Part shown: positions 12,271-25,160 of the stretch, in pieces
Layout: each line of letters opens with the position of its first letter
Numbering within the stretch: position 1 is the first letter of the stretch
Assembly (NCBI RefSeq): GCF_006345805.1
Contig: NC_043009.1
Span: 44,826,001-44,890,000 of the forward strand
DNA length: 64,000 nt
Direction of reading: 5' to 3'
From: Octopus sinensis
Taxonomy: Eukaryota
Program-made: the position numbers and the translations under genes
The notes under the pieces: model-generated
What the model saw: only the letters and a program-made list of their open reading frames with translations
The model's database searches: none
What the model was told of the DNA's origin: nothing

Positions 12271-14177
12271 AAATCATTAATAATATTATAAATAGAGCAT
12301 TGTCTAGCTGTCCACAATTTAAGGAAAGTCGTATTCCTCCACAAAATTAAAGGAATATAAAGATATAACAGAAGAGGGGTAAATATTAACAAAGAAATAT
12401 GTGGATGTGAATATTTTCTGACAGAAACAAAATTAAGTTTCTGTTTGATTACATCCTGACTTCAAGACAGATAAAAGCTGGATCAAAATAATAGAATCAC
12501 AGGACTGATTCATCATCAGAGCAAAGATCTGGTCGTGCTTTGGGAAATCTTAGTCATAAAGTCCATCGCTTGGTTATTGAAGTTGAGGTATAGAAAGAAA
12601 TCGTGAAGACGCAACAAATCTGGTATGGTCCGTGGAGAAGGAATGGTTTCTTTTACTCACAGACATCATAGTTCTCACCCTGGATTAATGGGGGGAATAA
12701 GAAGGGATATTTGATACCTAGGGTCTTCTGATTACTAGTAGATTAAAATGAACTATATAATAGTAGGGATCAGATAGTGTCGTGATTAGAGGAGACCAAT
12801 TTCTTTTCAAATCCGTTTGAGTCATTTCATGAAACTAGCTAATATTTCAGGGAAAGCCATAGGTCCTGCTTCGAAGCTATTTATAGTAAACATTGGCTGT
12901 TTATAGTACGTGGTAGTTTCAAATATAAGATATAAACGGGACTTTAAAACTGGAAGATAAATACAATTATTATACAGGATAGAAGTACGAAAGAGAATTT
13001 ATACTGCTTAACGAAATTTTCACGAAAATCTTTAGCTTTGATAAGCAGACGTAAGGTCGCCTGTCATGGCTACATATTTCTACCTAATGTCATTTTGATT
13101 TCTAAACAAAATTTTCATTAGACTCTCATAGCTAATTTACATATCGACTGTACACACATAATTTAGTCACTTTGTAACTATTTGTCAAACGCATTTTTTT
13201 TTATGTATGAACTATACTAATGTATACAAACGACGTATACAAACCGATATATTGTGCATTCAAGTAACGTCTGTTTAGTTTGAATTTATCAGTTGACCAA
13301 CGTTCTAACAGCGAACGTCCTGTCTTTATTTGGGGAACACACCTACTGCCCCTGACATGGTTTTTATGTTTAAGCTTCTATTTCGAAAACAGGAGGGAGT
13401 TTGTTGAAGAAAAATTTAGTTGCTAAAAATCGAGCAGGCTAGGTATCTACAAAGAATCTCATCTTCCTTGCTGTTTCAATAAAATACTTGTTTGGGTATA
13501 TCTATTTGATGAATGGTGAAATAAACTTTTCTATGGGGAATTTTGTAACAGTTGTCATTCGACCCCCACATACTTCATGAGAACTGAAAAAGGTACACAC
13601 ACACACACACCTTCAGTTTTAGTATTTTTGTATTTCATACAACAGAAATTACGATTGTGGAAAACAAAAAAATTCTAAAATTTTATTTTTTTACTCCTCA
13701 TTTCGGCACCCTTTTCCTTTCCTATTACTTCGAAGGACATCGTTGCTGGAATTTCGTAGCGATTTTGTACAGCTATTCCAATTCAGATTCCTATTGGTAA
13801 TAAAGATACAATATCGTTCAGCTTCAGACCACAATTCTACCAATCATTTCGGTCAAGCTTGCATGTTATGGCGTACGCGCGCGCGCGTTCGTGTGTGTAT
13901 GTGTGTTGTCCTATTCCATATGAAACTCTTCACAATCCACACCATCCAACAAAAACATCCTCCTCAGCAACAAGGGAATACCACAGCCGAAACATTATAA
14001 TTAGCCTTACATTATAGGCGCCGGGGTTCAAACTGCACGTTTAGGTAGGATTTATTTCTAAATCCCTACACCCTTCATCTAGGCGATGATTCAAAAGACA
14101 AAATAAGATTTTTCAACAAAGAAAAAAGTTTTCAACAGAGAAAGGTCGTAGCTGTTTGACAAAATCTCTCAGTAACA

Positions 14178-14582
14178 TAATACTTTGTACTAAAAGCAGT
14201 TGACTTCATCTGATATATATGTATATAAAGTCATACGAATTTACAATTCACTTAAAATGCTTCAAATATTATTCATTGCATTGTAAATTAGAAGCAAAAC
14301 TACTGCAATACGAAAAGGGTTTATAAATACACTCATAAGAGGTCATTGTAATGAAAAAAAAATCACTATTATTGTTGTTTAATACTTTGTACTAAAAGCA
14401 GTTGACTTCATCTGATATATATGAATATAAAAGTCATACGAATTTACAATTCACTTAAAATGCTTCAAATATTATTCATTGCATTTTAAATTAGAAGCAA
14501 AACTACTGCAATATGAAAAGGGTTTATAAATACACTCATAAGAGGTCACTGCAATGAAAAAAAAATCACTATTATTGTTGTT
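14178..14582 (+). repeat. 202-bp tandem duplication (2 copies)
   Basis: taatactttgtactaaaagcagttgac... starts at 14178 and again at 14380; only a few substitutions or indels. Confidence 0.92.
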
Positions 14583-15049
14583 TACAGTAAAAGCAGCGAA
14601 GGAAGGGGCAAGAAGCACAAGATCCTTCTAATCAGACTAAACGAAATTTAAAACGCAGCACATCTTTTCAACAGCTGTGCATTTATTTATATTTTTTCCC
14701 CATGACAAGTAAGTAAACACACAGGCCTAAGCGACACACAAACATATAAAGATCACGTGCTTCGAGTTGATGGGATCTAACATTCGATCTGTAAATAGCT
14801 GTCCAATGTAAATAAAGGTGCGGGATGTTTTTATTCGTAAAGGATTTTCACACGACTCCATTTTTTTTTTTTCTTTCTGTTTTCAAGATGCGTGTTTAGT
14901 TAGACTACTTGAAATTCTTGTTGGTGGTGTTGTTGTTGTTGCTGTTTGCAGCAATGAGAAGCATCATGTCATAGGTGAAGATGAGATGGAACAAGTGCTC
15001 GCCACCTAATTTATGATTTAACCGACAAACGTGCACATACACACGTACG

Positions 15050-15098
<49 letters not shown>

Positions 15099-15203
15099 GC
15101 AGAGAAAGTGAGACGTATATATAGATTCGTATATGCATAGACATGTATACGTATGCCTTTGTGTGTGTGAGCTTGCACGGAGAGAGACGTATTTATAGAT
15201 ACG

Positions 15204-15234
<31 letters not shown>

Positions 15235-15639
15235 ATATATAATATATATATATATAGACATGTATACGTATGTGTATATACACAGCATATACAAGATAAA
15301 GTGTCAAACAAAACCATTGCGTGACAGTTGACACCAAAACACGACACACACACTCCCCACTCGTTTCTCTTTCTCTCTCACACACACAACATAAATACCG
15401 GTGGTGGAGAAGTAGCAACTTATATGTTTACGATTATAACAAAAATAAAATATCAATATAAAAAAAAGTCGAAGAAAATGATGATAAAAAAAAAAACAGA
15501 AGAGAAAGAAATAGGTCGGCAACAGTTGTGCAAGTTTGTAACTAAAAACTGGTTGTTTTGAATGTATGTTTACATATGAAAATTATTTGGTTTTTAAAAG
15601 TGAACGATGCAGCCAAAGGATCTAAAAAGTAAAGGGGTG

Positions 15640-15990
15640 TGTATATGTATCTTTTACTTGTTTCAGTCATTGGACTATATGGGCATGCTTGGGACGCCGC
15701 CTTAACGGGTTTTAGTCGAACGAATCGATCCCAGCGCTTAGTTTTAAAGCATTGGGCTAATTCTATTGAGTTCTTTTGCCGAACCGCATTGTCACAAAAG
15801 CGTAAACAAAGCAACGCCGGCTATCAAGTGGCAGTGGAGGAACAAATACAAACACAAACACATAAATACACATGATCGAGAGGTAAGAAGCTTGTGCCCC
15901 AAATCACATGGTTTCGAGTTCAGCCCCCCTGCCTCGAGCCTTGTGAGTGGATTTAGAAGACGGATACTGAAAGAAGCTCGTCGTGAATGC
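15640..15990. mobile_element. Family A SINE fragments in both orientations
   Basis: Minus-strand tail (cttgtttcagtcattggac...) followed by a plus-strand head (ggtttcgagttcagcccc...ccttgtgagtggattt). Confidence 0.6.
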
Positions 15991-17194
15991 GTGCGTGCGT
16001 GCGTGTGTGTGTGTGTTGTGTGTGTGTGTGTGTGTGTGTGGGTGTGGGTGTGTGTGTGTGTGTGTGTACATTATGTGGTTAAAAAAGGGAGTGCATATTT
16101 GCCCTCGTCTTGTTTTAAGCTCACATCTAATATATGCATTATAGGAATCAAATTTACATAAACGTGTATCGTCAGTGAGCAATGTACTAAAATACCTTGG
16201 GTTTACGAATAGCGTAGGAGATATGCATAAATTAAAAGCTCACATTCATGATAAAAGGAGAATGAAGAAAAATATTGCTACAAATAATAAAAAGGTACGG
16301 CTGGTGACATTGACTATATGCTAAGTTGTAAACGGGGAAAAGAATGGTACCTGGAAGTGAGTAACGACAACCAAGAGGTGAAGATTAATCAGCATGAATA
16401 CAGCAAACCTATGTGCCTTAAGTTGGAAAAGAAAGAAAAACAGGGTCCGAGACATATCAGAAACTTGCTTTTAACTAACTTTCAAACAGTTGTGGAGGAA
16501 TTGTGTCAGTGACCAGGTAGCTGTTGTACGATGGAATTTCGAATTTCACAGTTTTAGTGCTGTTTTGAATGGCCAAAGTGGCTCTTCCACAGTGTAACTC
16601 TCTCTCTGTCTCTCTCTCCCTCTCACACACACAAATGTGATGGCTGCAAGCCAAAATCGAACAATGAAATCGCTCGATTGTTTTCTTAATGATGCAACAA
16701 GGATGTAACTTTTCAATCCTGCTAATGACCTATCCACCCCCTTTTTTTCACAGGTGAGGCAACAATGAGTACCTCTTGCATCAGACATACAGAAAGTTCC
16801 CACTCACGCTGACATTCAATGTTTCGCCATTTTTCGATCACGGTCGTCCGTAGTATGCAGCACATAATCGAGACGTTAGAAATCAAGCGATACCTGTTCT
16901 TGAAACGTTTTAAAGCGAAGAGCAGCCTAGCACATGGGCCAATTCCACACTCTAAACAATGAATGCATGGTCGATCCGTCGGCGACGTACATAAAGTTTT
17001 ATTTAGCTCAGTCGGTCCGACAGAAACCTGTCGTCACAGACTGTCCTTATCGATGGCGTTCCTCCAACGAACCAAATGACTGACGTGATCAAACAATTGA
17101 TCAGTCAATTATCTAGCGAGCTAATTAATAAGTGAAATACAATCAGTGTGTGTAGAAGGTTGAAAAGGAACACACAAGTTGATATATATATATA

Positions 17195-17540
17195 TGGAAA
17201 ACAAGTCAAAGTAGAAAATGTTAAAATAATTTTATAAAAAACATTTCAGTACCGGTTTCGGTTATTGAGACTTCTTCAACTGTAAGTATGGGAAACAATT
17301 AAATTTTGGAAAAATCAAATGATAAGTATTTTTTTAAAATAAGAAACAGAGACAGGCAGAAACAAGGAAAATTCCATTTGTATTTGAATACTATGCAAAT
17401 CTTCTTTTAAAATACTTATCATTTAATTTTTCCAAAATTTGTTTTCCATACTTACAGTTGAAAAAGTCTCAATGACCGAAACCGGTACTGAAATGTTTTT
17501 ATAAAATTATTTTAGCATTTTCTACCTTGACTTTTTTTTT

Positions 17541-17543
<3 letters not shown>
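17195..17543. mobile_element. Foldback element in (TA)n with hammerhead-like motifs in both arms
   Basis: Arms 17195-17339 and 17405-17543 are reverse complements around a ~65-bp spacer; each contains cag-ttgaa(g/a)a-agtctcaat(a/g)acc-gaaaccggta-ctg. Confidence 0.8.
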
Positions 17544-17593
<50 letters not shown>

Positions 17594-17699
17594 AGTTTCG
17601 TTCGCCATATATATATATATATATATATATATGTTCTTATAGAGCGGTGATTAGTTCCGCCGCAGTGAAGGTTTTCCTTTACATTTTTCTTATAATTAT

Positions 17700-18110
17700 A
17701 TACCTATATAGGTGCAGTAGAGGCTGTGTGTTTAAGAAACTTACTCTGCACCAACAGAGTGATTTCAGGTTCAAGTACCACTGCGCAGCATATTGGGCAA
17801 GTTTCTACTTTCGCTCGGATCAATGACTTGTGAATGAATTCGGTAGACGGATAGACGGAGACTATGGAAGTGCGTCGTACATATTGTATGCGCTCACGTG
17901 CGCGTGCACGTGTGAGTGCGCGTGCACGTGTGAGTGCGCGCGCGCGTGTGTACACAGGTCTTTGTCCGCCTCACCGCTTGACAACCAGTGTTGGTTTGTT
18001 TACGGAAATTCACGGTTCAGGATAAGAAACCCATAGACAAAGTATTAGACTTAGATAAATGGGTTTGTTCGATTAAAACCAATGATGGCAGTGTCCCAGC
18101 ATGTGTGCGT
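17700..18110 (+). mobile_element. Family A SINE, diverged, with an internal alternating purine/pyrimidine repeat
   Basis: Head ggttcaagtaccactgcgc, core ttgggcaagtttct, tail ccgcttgacaaccagtgttggtttgtttac. Confidence 0.65.
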
Positions 18111-18393
18111 GTTTAGATAATAACATGCCAATATTGGGGGGGGGGTTGTTAACATGAAGATTACGTCGAGCGAATTAGACATTTCTGTTTATAGGTGAAC
18201 ATGAGCGTGAGCGCGCGCTCTTGCACGAGCTACGTAAACACGATAACCAATCAACACAAATTACGTAATACACAGTAATAATAGTAGCAGAGTGTGTGTG
18301 TGTGGTGTAAGTATGTTAGTGTGGGGGCGCCTTCAGCAGTTTACATTTAGAGAATAACAAGATTAGCGAAATTGTTGTTATTGCAGATATATG

Positions 18394-18431
18394 ATCAAAA
18401 CGGCAATCTTACGTAAGATTGCCATCAAAAC
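18394..18431. mobile_element. 22-bp perfect palindrome flanked by 8-bp direct repeats (TIR-only transposon relic)
   Basis: ATCAAAAC-GGCAATCTTACGTAAGATTGCC-ATCAAAAC; palindrome 18402-18423. Confidence 0.6.
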
Positions 18432-19196
18432 TATTCCACCCAACATGTCCCTTGCCCTCCCACTAAGAACTGTAAGGTGAGACTTGCGAGAGAAATTTCG
18501 TTGCTATTTCTAGCAGGCTGAGTCCTTCCCTAGCTCTTTCGCTATATATCTGCAGTTCTTTGCATTCGATCTGAATTTTCTTCTCTCATCGATACCAACG
18601 AATGAAGACATCAGGTGTACCTTAAAAACAATGAAATACTAATTCATACTTATTGATATTTACATCTATATCAGCCCAGATCGAGCAAATTTGCAATAAA
18701 ACCGTTCCAGCCAGGACTGTCCTTGTTTAATGGGAGTATTGAAGATTACATTTTTTTAATATGATCGGAAATCTTTCCGGAGGTGGTAAATCAAAAGTGA
18801 AACTTCGGCAATTTCCGTAGAATGTTTTTTTATTTCTTTAATTTTTTTTTTCAGCTGAATCGCTTGTGTTTATGTATTTTTTGTATATGTGTGTAAGTTT
18901 ATTTGTATATGTAAGTATATGTATATATACATACATACATGCACTTAAACACAAATACAAAGAAAAAATACAAACGATTCCGTTGAAAAAAAAAAGAAGA
19001 ATGATTCGGTCGGAAATAAAGAAATTGAAGAAATAAAAAAAATTGCTGAACTAGTTTCAGTTTTGATATAAGTAAGATTTCGAGGTAACTGAGTATAAAA
19101 AGTGCGTTAAGCCTCAAATTTAGTGGGCACCGCACCAACATGTAAGAGACTATACATGTGCTACACTTATACATATATATTTATATAAATATTAAT

Positions 19197-19355
19197 GGAG
19201 TGGCTGTGTGGTAAGTAGCTTGTTTACCAACCACATGGTTCCGGGTTCAGTCCCATTGCGTGGCACCTTGGGCAAGTGTCTTCTACTATAGCCTCGGGCC
19301 GACCAAAGCCTTGTGAGTGGATTTGGTAGACGGAAACTGAAAGAAGCCTGTCGTA

Positions 19356-19418
<63 letters not shown>

Positions 19419-19600
19419 TTGTGTGTCTGTGTTTGTCCCCCTAGCATTGCTTGACAACCGATTCTGGTGTGTTTATGTCCCCGTTACTTAGCGGTTCGGC
19501 AAAAATGACCGATAAGAATAAGTCCTGGGGTCGCATTGCTCGATTAAAGGCGTTGCTCCAGCATGGCCGCAGTCAAATGACTGAAACAAGTAAAAGAGTA
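19197..19600 (+). mobile_element. tRNA-derived SINE family A, full length, with an internal (TA)n tract
   Basis: A box TGGCTGTGTGG, B box GGTTCAGTCCC, CORE-like ggcaccttgggcaagtgtctt, tail ...gcatggccgcagtcaaatgactgaaacaagtaaaagag. Many other partial copies (e.g. 42770-43260, 45640-45850, 49480-49720, 53094-53420, 58440-58820, 59640-59820, 60480-60640, 61310-61860, 63050-63230). Confidence 0.88.
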
Positions 19601-20305
19601 ATATATATATATACACATGTATAGAACACACTGGGCCTTTTGGGGCTGGAAGCCCATATATGCGCTGCGGTTTGCTGTCAATAAATACATACTATAGGGT
19701 CCAGTGCGTCTGCACATGGACGGCATACAATGCTTGCTCGGTTGTTTGTCTGCTTCAATGGGTTCGGTTTGAGGTTTGAAAACAAACTAATAAGAATTAC
19801 TATTATCTTTCGAAAACACAAATCGAAGGTGAGGGTATATGTGTGTGTGTGCGCATCTAACCACTCAGCCTGCTAAAGATAGCAGCCACATAAATATTGA
19901 AAATCATACAGCACCACGTTGGATAATGTAGTCCTTGAGATATTTATCAAGAAGGACCTCCTCTAAAAAAAATAGGATTGATGGATACTTTTGGAGTGTT
20001 TTTGATTTTAGATTTGTTTGGTAAGAGAGTATGAGAGCTGGAGCAAAACAGCAATCATCATCATCATCATCATTATTATAGTAACGAAACCAACACAACA
20101 ACAGTGATAATTAGACAAGTAAATTACATACCACCATTTAATTACTACTTAATTGTAGAAAATTTTGTAATGGACGTTAATTATTAACATTGATAAAAAC
20201 AATTATAAATTATTTAGTGTAAAAAAATAAATGCTGGAATGTTTGTATAGTCGATAAGGGTGTATATGATGTAAACAACATATTTGCGTAAAGAGGGAGC
20301 CATCA

Positions 20306-20341
<36 letters not shown>

Positions 20342-20513
20342 GGGAGAATTTACAAAAGAACAAAAGACGAAGACAGTTGGTGTAAACAACAAACATGTAT
20401 TAGTATGACGCTCGGGAAGTGAAAAAGTTTTCAACGTTTCGAGCCTACGCTCTTCCACAGAAAGAAACAAGGAGAGAAAATGAAGAATATGTAGTGGCTA
20501 GCGACCTATCATG
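20342..20513 (-). mobile_element. ~170-bp (TA)n-associated short repeat with a hammerhead-like motif (copy 1)
   Basis: Clearly homologous to 24931-25116; the minus strand carries cttt-ctgtgga-a-gagc-gtag-gctc-gaaacgtt. Confidence 0.75.
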
Positions 20514-22139
20514 ATACACATACATATACATACATATACACACACACATACACAATGCATGCATGCATACATACATACATACATACATACATACATACAT
20601 ACATACATACATACATGAAAAAGGGCTTCATTCTAATAACTAACACTGCTAACATACTCATCATCTTGAAAAAATATAACAGTATAAAGTGTAAACGAGG
20701 GCTGGTGCATCTCCAAGAGCTCCCGGGGCCTACTAGAAATAGCAGCCAAATCTACTTTATATGCCATGACCCAATCGAATCTACTTCGAAAAATCATAGG
20801 TAAATTCCAATTGAAGAAATTCTATATTGTAGAATTGTATTAAAAACGAACATGGTAACAGACAGAGAAAATCTGCCTTTTATCATAAGAGATATATTCT
20901 AAGGGATCGTCCAAAACGTTGCTTTTTCGGAAAACGAAAAAACAGTTTTACCATTCCATAGCAAAACTGTTGTATTTACACATTGACAATTGAAAAAAAA
21001 ATGCATTTGGCCAAATTTGGACATACCACAGTTCAGCATAATAGCAACGAAACACACACACATATATATATAAAGAATATGAGGGGTTTAGTTCACTTGT
21101 GATTTAAACGAATAGGTACGCTGGGTAAGTGCTATTAGTTGGTCGCCCGTTAGATTCCAAGATCATAGGCTGGATCTAGGGGTCCGTGTTAGGGTTCCGT
21201 TAATAGCATGTGTATATTATATTTGAGGAAAAGTCAAAACCAAGGCAGAACGAGTATCTCGAGTCATTTAGAATAATCCAATTAACCTTACTCTAATTAA
21301 ATTATTCTAAATGACTTGAGATACTCGTTCTGCCTTGGTTTTGATTTTTCCTCTAATATAATATATATATACACATACACACGTGCATACATAAATATGG
21401 TTTGTGTGTACACATATAAACGTAGGTATATGCACATATAAACGTAGGTATATGCACATATACCATGTATGTACATACACACACCTGACATGTATATGTA
21501 TGTCATTTAGCAGAACGAAGCTGTGAGAAAAAACAAACTGAAGCGATGTCACCGCCACCTTTTTTCACTTAGCACACCTAACAAAAAAAAGGCTATCTAC
21601 CTGATCACTCAAGATAAGAGAAATAACACCCAAATCTGTCTCAAATCACAACCTATTCATCTAGTGAAAAGAATTACATACAAAAAAAAACAAAAAAAAA
21701 CATGGGATGGTCATGGCTGGAGTGTCTGATCAATTAAGATTTCTTGCTCAGTACCGAGCTGGGCTAAAAAATCAAGAACTTAACCTTTTCACTCTCTCTT
21801 CATTTCTTTCTCTCCATGTTACCCCCCCCCTCTTTTAAATGCAAATCAACATTATTCAAGGTCATGAGCTCCAGTTTAGAAAATCGATGAGAGAGCTAGA
21901 AAAATCAGTTAACCTATCTTACGTAACAATGAATAGTAGTAATAATAACCATGGATAAAAATAGTAACTCTTTCTCCTATAGGCACAAGTGCTGATATTT
22001 TGGAGGAGGAAGCTAATCGATTACATCGGTCCCAATGCTCAACTGGTACTTAAGGATGAAAGACAAATTGACCCCCCAGTGGGATAATAATAACAATAAT
22101 AATCCTTTCTACTAAAGGCACAAGGCATGAAATATCGGG

Positions 22140-22730
22140 GAGGAGACTAGTCGATTACATCGATCCAGCACTTGACTGGTACTTATTTCATCAACCCCGA
22201 AAGGATGAAAAAGCAAAGTCGACCTCGGATGAATATGAACTCAAAGCGTAGCAGCAGACGAAATGCCGGTTTCTTTGCTTACTACCCACAAGGGGCTAAA
22301 TACAGAGGGGGACAAACAATGACAGACATAGGTATTAAGTCGATTATATCGACCCCCAGTGCGTAACTGGTACGTACTTATTTAATCGACCCCGAAAGGA
22401 TGAAAGGCAAAGTCGACCTCGGATGAATTTGAACTCAAAACGTAGCGGCAGACGAAATACCTGTTTCTTTACTTACTACCCACAAGGGGCTAAATACAGA
22501 GGGGGACAAACAATGACAGACAAACGGATTAAGTCGATTATATCGACTCCCCAGTGCGTAACTGGTACGTACTTATTTCATCGACCCCGAAAGGAAGAAA
22601 GGCAAAGTCGACCTCGGAAGAATTTGAACTCAAAACGTAGCTAGCAGCAGACGAAATACCGTTAAAGCAATAATTCGGCCGGTATGCTAACGATTCTGCC
22701 AACTTGCCGCCTAATATAATAACAAGATCA
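22140..22730 (-). repeat. Tandem triplication of a ~194-bp family B SINE-derived unit
   Basis: gtcgacctcgg recurs at 22218, 22412 and 22607; units 2 and 3 share a private ctggtacgtactta variant. Confidence 0.8.
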
Positions 22731-22890
22731 GAAATATTGAGGTGGAGACTACCGACCTCAGTACTTCACCCCCACCACCATACACATTATTTTCAATCTG
22801 ACAAGTTTACTGAATTTTTTTATCCCTAAAATTGGGTCCATTTCATTATTATTATTTTTTTTTTACTTGTTGGGTCTGAAGGAAGGACAC

Positions 22891-22993
22891 TACCCTATAT
22901 AGCCTTCGTAATCCCTTCTATACAAGGAAAACTATTTAACATTACCCTATAGCCTTCGTAATCCCTTCTATACAAGGAAAACTATTCAACATT
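22891..22993 (+). repeat. 50-bp tandem duplication
   Basis: accctat(at)agccttcgtaatcccttctatacaaggaaaactatt occurs twice. Confidence 0.85.
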
Positions 22994-24309
22994 TTGCCGA
23001 GCCTCAACCAGATAAAAATCAAAATCGACCTCGACGGGATTTAAACTGTCTGTCTAGTCACGGCATTTATTTCATCGTTCTACCGATTCTGCTACAATGA
23101 ATTAATCGGTTCAGTTCTTAAGACACAAGGTCACAGAATTCTAGGGTAGATTAAATCTACTCCCACAACATAATCTCAGAGAAAATAAGTTGTGAGGTCC
23201 AACCTCAGGGTTTGAAATTAAAAACACAGACAGACGTAATTAAAACAAATAAACAAATGGCATGCAAGTCGTTGCTCTGCCTATTCAAACCTTTCACCAT
23301 CCACCACCATGATGATAATAATATCGATGGTGATAATGATTTTGCCTCAAGGGCAACAAAGTAAAACTTATATTACAACTGAAACGAATTCAAAATAAAA
23401 ATGAAAGGAGAACCGACCATAAACGATTGTTTGTATATAAATAAATTTTTATATAAAATTCATATTATCATTATTATTATTAGTTCTGATTTAGATACAA
23501 GGCCGGTAGTTTTGATTTTGAGAGATGAGGGTTAGTCGACACGCGCTTCCCCACACACACATGTACTTTTATTTATTTTATCGACCCTCGAAAGATCGAT
23601 GGGGGCAGCTGACCACGTAAAGATAGTAATCGAAAGAATTAAGAAAAAAGAAAAAAAGGTTGAACAATGGAGTTGCTGTCGTGAAGTTCATACCTTTCTC
23701 AATTGGTGGTACCAATCATGAACAGGTATGGGAATGATTTATACGAAGATCGAAACCAAGACTGGCGAATAGTAGTATTTTGGGGGTAGTGGATCGCCGA
23801 AATCATTTTATCAATCACCTACGTAACATGGGCCTAATCGATCAGGGGCCGGCCCACCCAACGTGCGCATTATTATCACCGTACATCAGCCCTTAGCGAG
23901 GACACCCATGACCAAAGAGGTTCGAGCCATGACCAACCAACCAATGCTTTATTCAAACAATGTATATCTAAGTGCATTAATTCCAATGTGTCCTACCCTT
24001 TCTTATATAGACGATAGTGTGTGGTTTGAATGAGATTTATAGCTTCTCTTTCTAGCCCCTTAGTGTAACCGCATCGAAGTTCGATTGTAGAGTCTCATAT
24101 AAGACGTTATTGTTGTTGTTTCAGCTGCCATCGTTAATGCTATCGCAAAATGTATGAACATCACAACTCACATTTCTCAAGAACAAACTTATTTAAATAT
24201 GAAACAGCTGCAACGTAAAGCAGCCATTGTTATTATTTTATCTATTATTGACATCAACAGTAAATCCGAGTTCAGTTCAACAACATAGTAACGTTTACCT
24301 AATATGCAT

Positions 24310-24361
24310 ATACCTATATATATACATATATATATATATATACACACATACATATACGTGC

Positions 24362-24410
<49 letters not shown>

Positions 24411-24840
24411 TAATTGTATAGGGTACAATTATACTTATACCCGATATATATGTATTTTATATCTCTCTATATGTATTTTACCTAAAAGGCGTTTTTTTTT
24501 TTTATATGCTGGCCACTGATAAAATTCATTAGTTTTAATGATTTTATCTTTAAATTACGTGCACATATACATATATATGTATATGCATATATATGTATAT
24601 GCATATATATATGTATATGCATATACATATATATGTATATACACATATATATGTATATACACATATATATATGTATATACATATATATATATATATGTAT
24701 ATATATATGCACATATCTATTTATATACATATATATATGCATATGCATATATGTATATGCATATACATATATATGTATATGCATATACATATATATGTAT
24801 ATGCATATACATATCTATTTATATACATATAAAATATATA
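24310..24840. repeat. Compound (TA)n/(GA)n and (TATGCA/TATACA)n microsatellite blocks
   Basis: Direct reading. Confidence 0.9.
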
Positions 24841-24930
24841 TCATAAAAGAAGCGCACTCTAAAGAATAGAGCAGTCTATATATATATATACACACATATA
24901 TATTTATATACACACACACGCATATATATA

Positions 24931-25115
24931 GGGAGAAGTCATACAAAAACAAAAGGCGAAGACAGGTGGTGTAGACAAAAAACAGATGTATTAGTTTAAC
25001 GTTCGGGAAGTGAAAAAGTCTTTAATGTTTCGAGCCTACGCTCTTCCACAGAAAGGAACACAGAAAGAAACAAGAAGAGAAAATAAAGAATGTGTAGTGG
25101 CTAGCGATCTATCAT

Positions 25116-25116
<1 letters not shown>
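24931..25116 (-). mobile_element. (TA)n-associated short repeat with a hammerhead-like motif (copy 2)
   Basis: Homologous to 20342-20513; followed by a long (TA)n. Confidence 0.75.
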
Positions 25117-25160
<44 letters not shown>

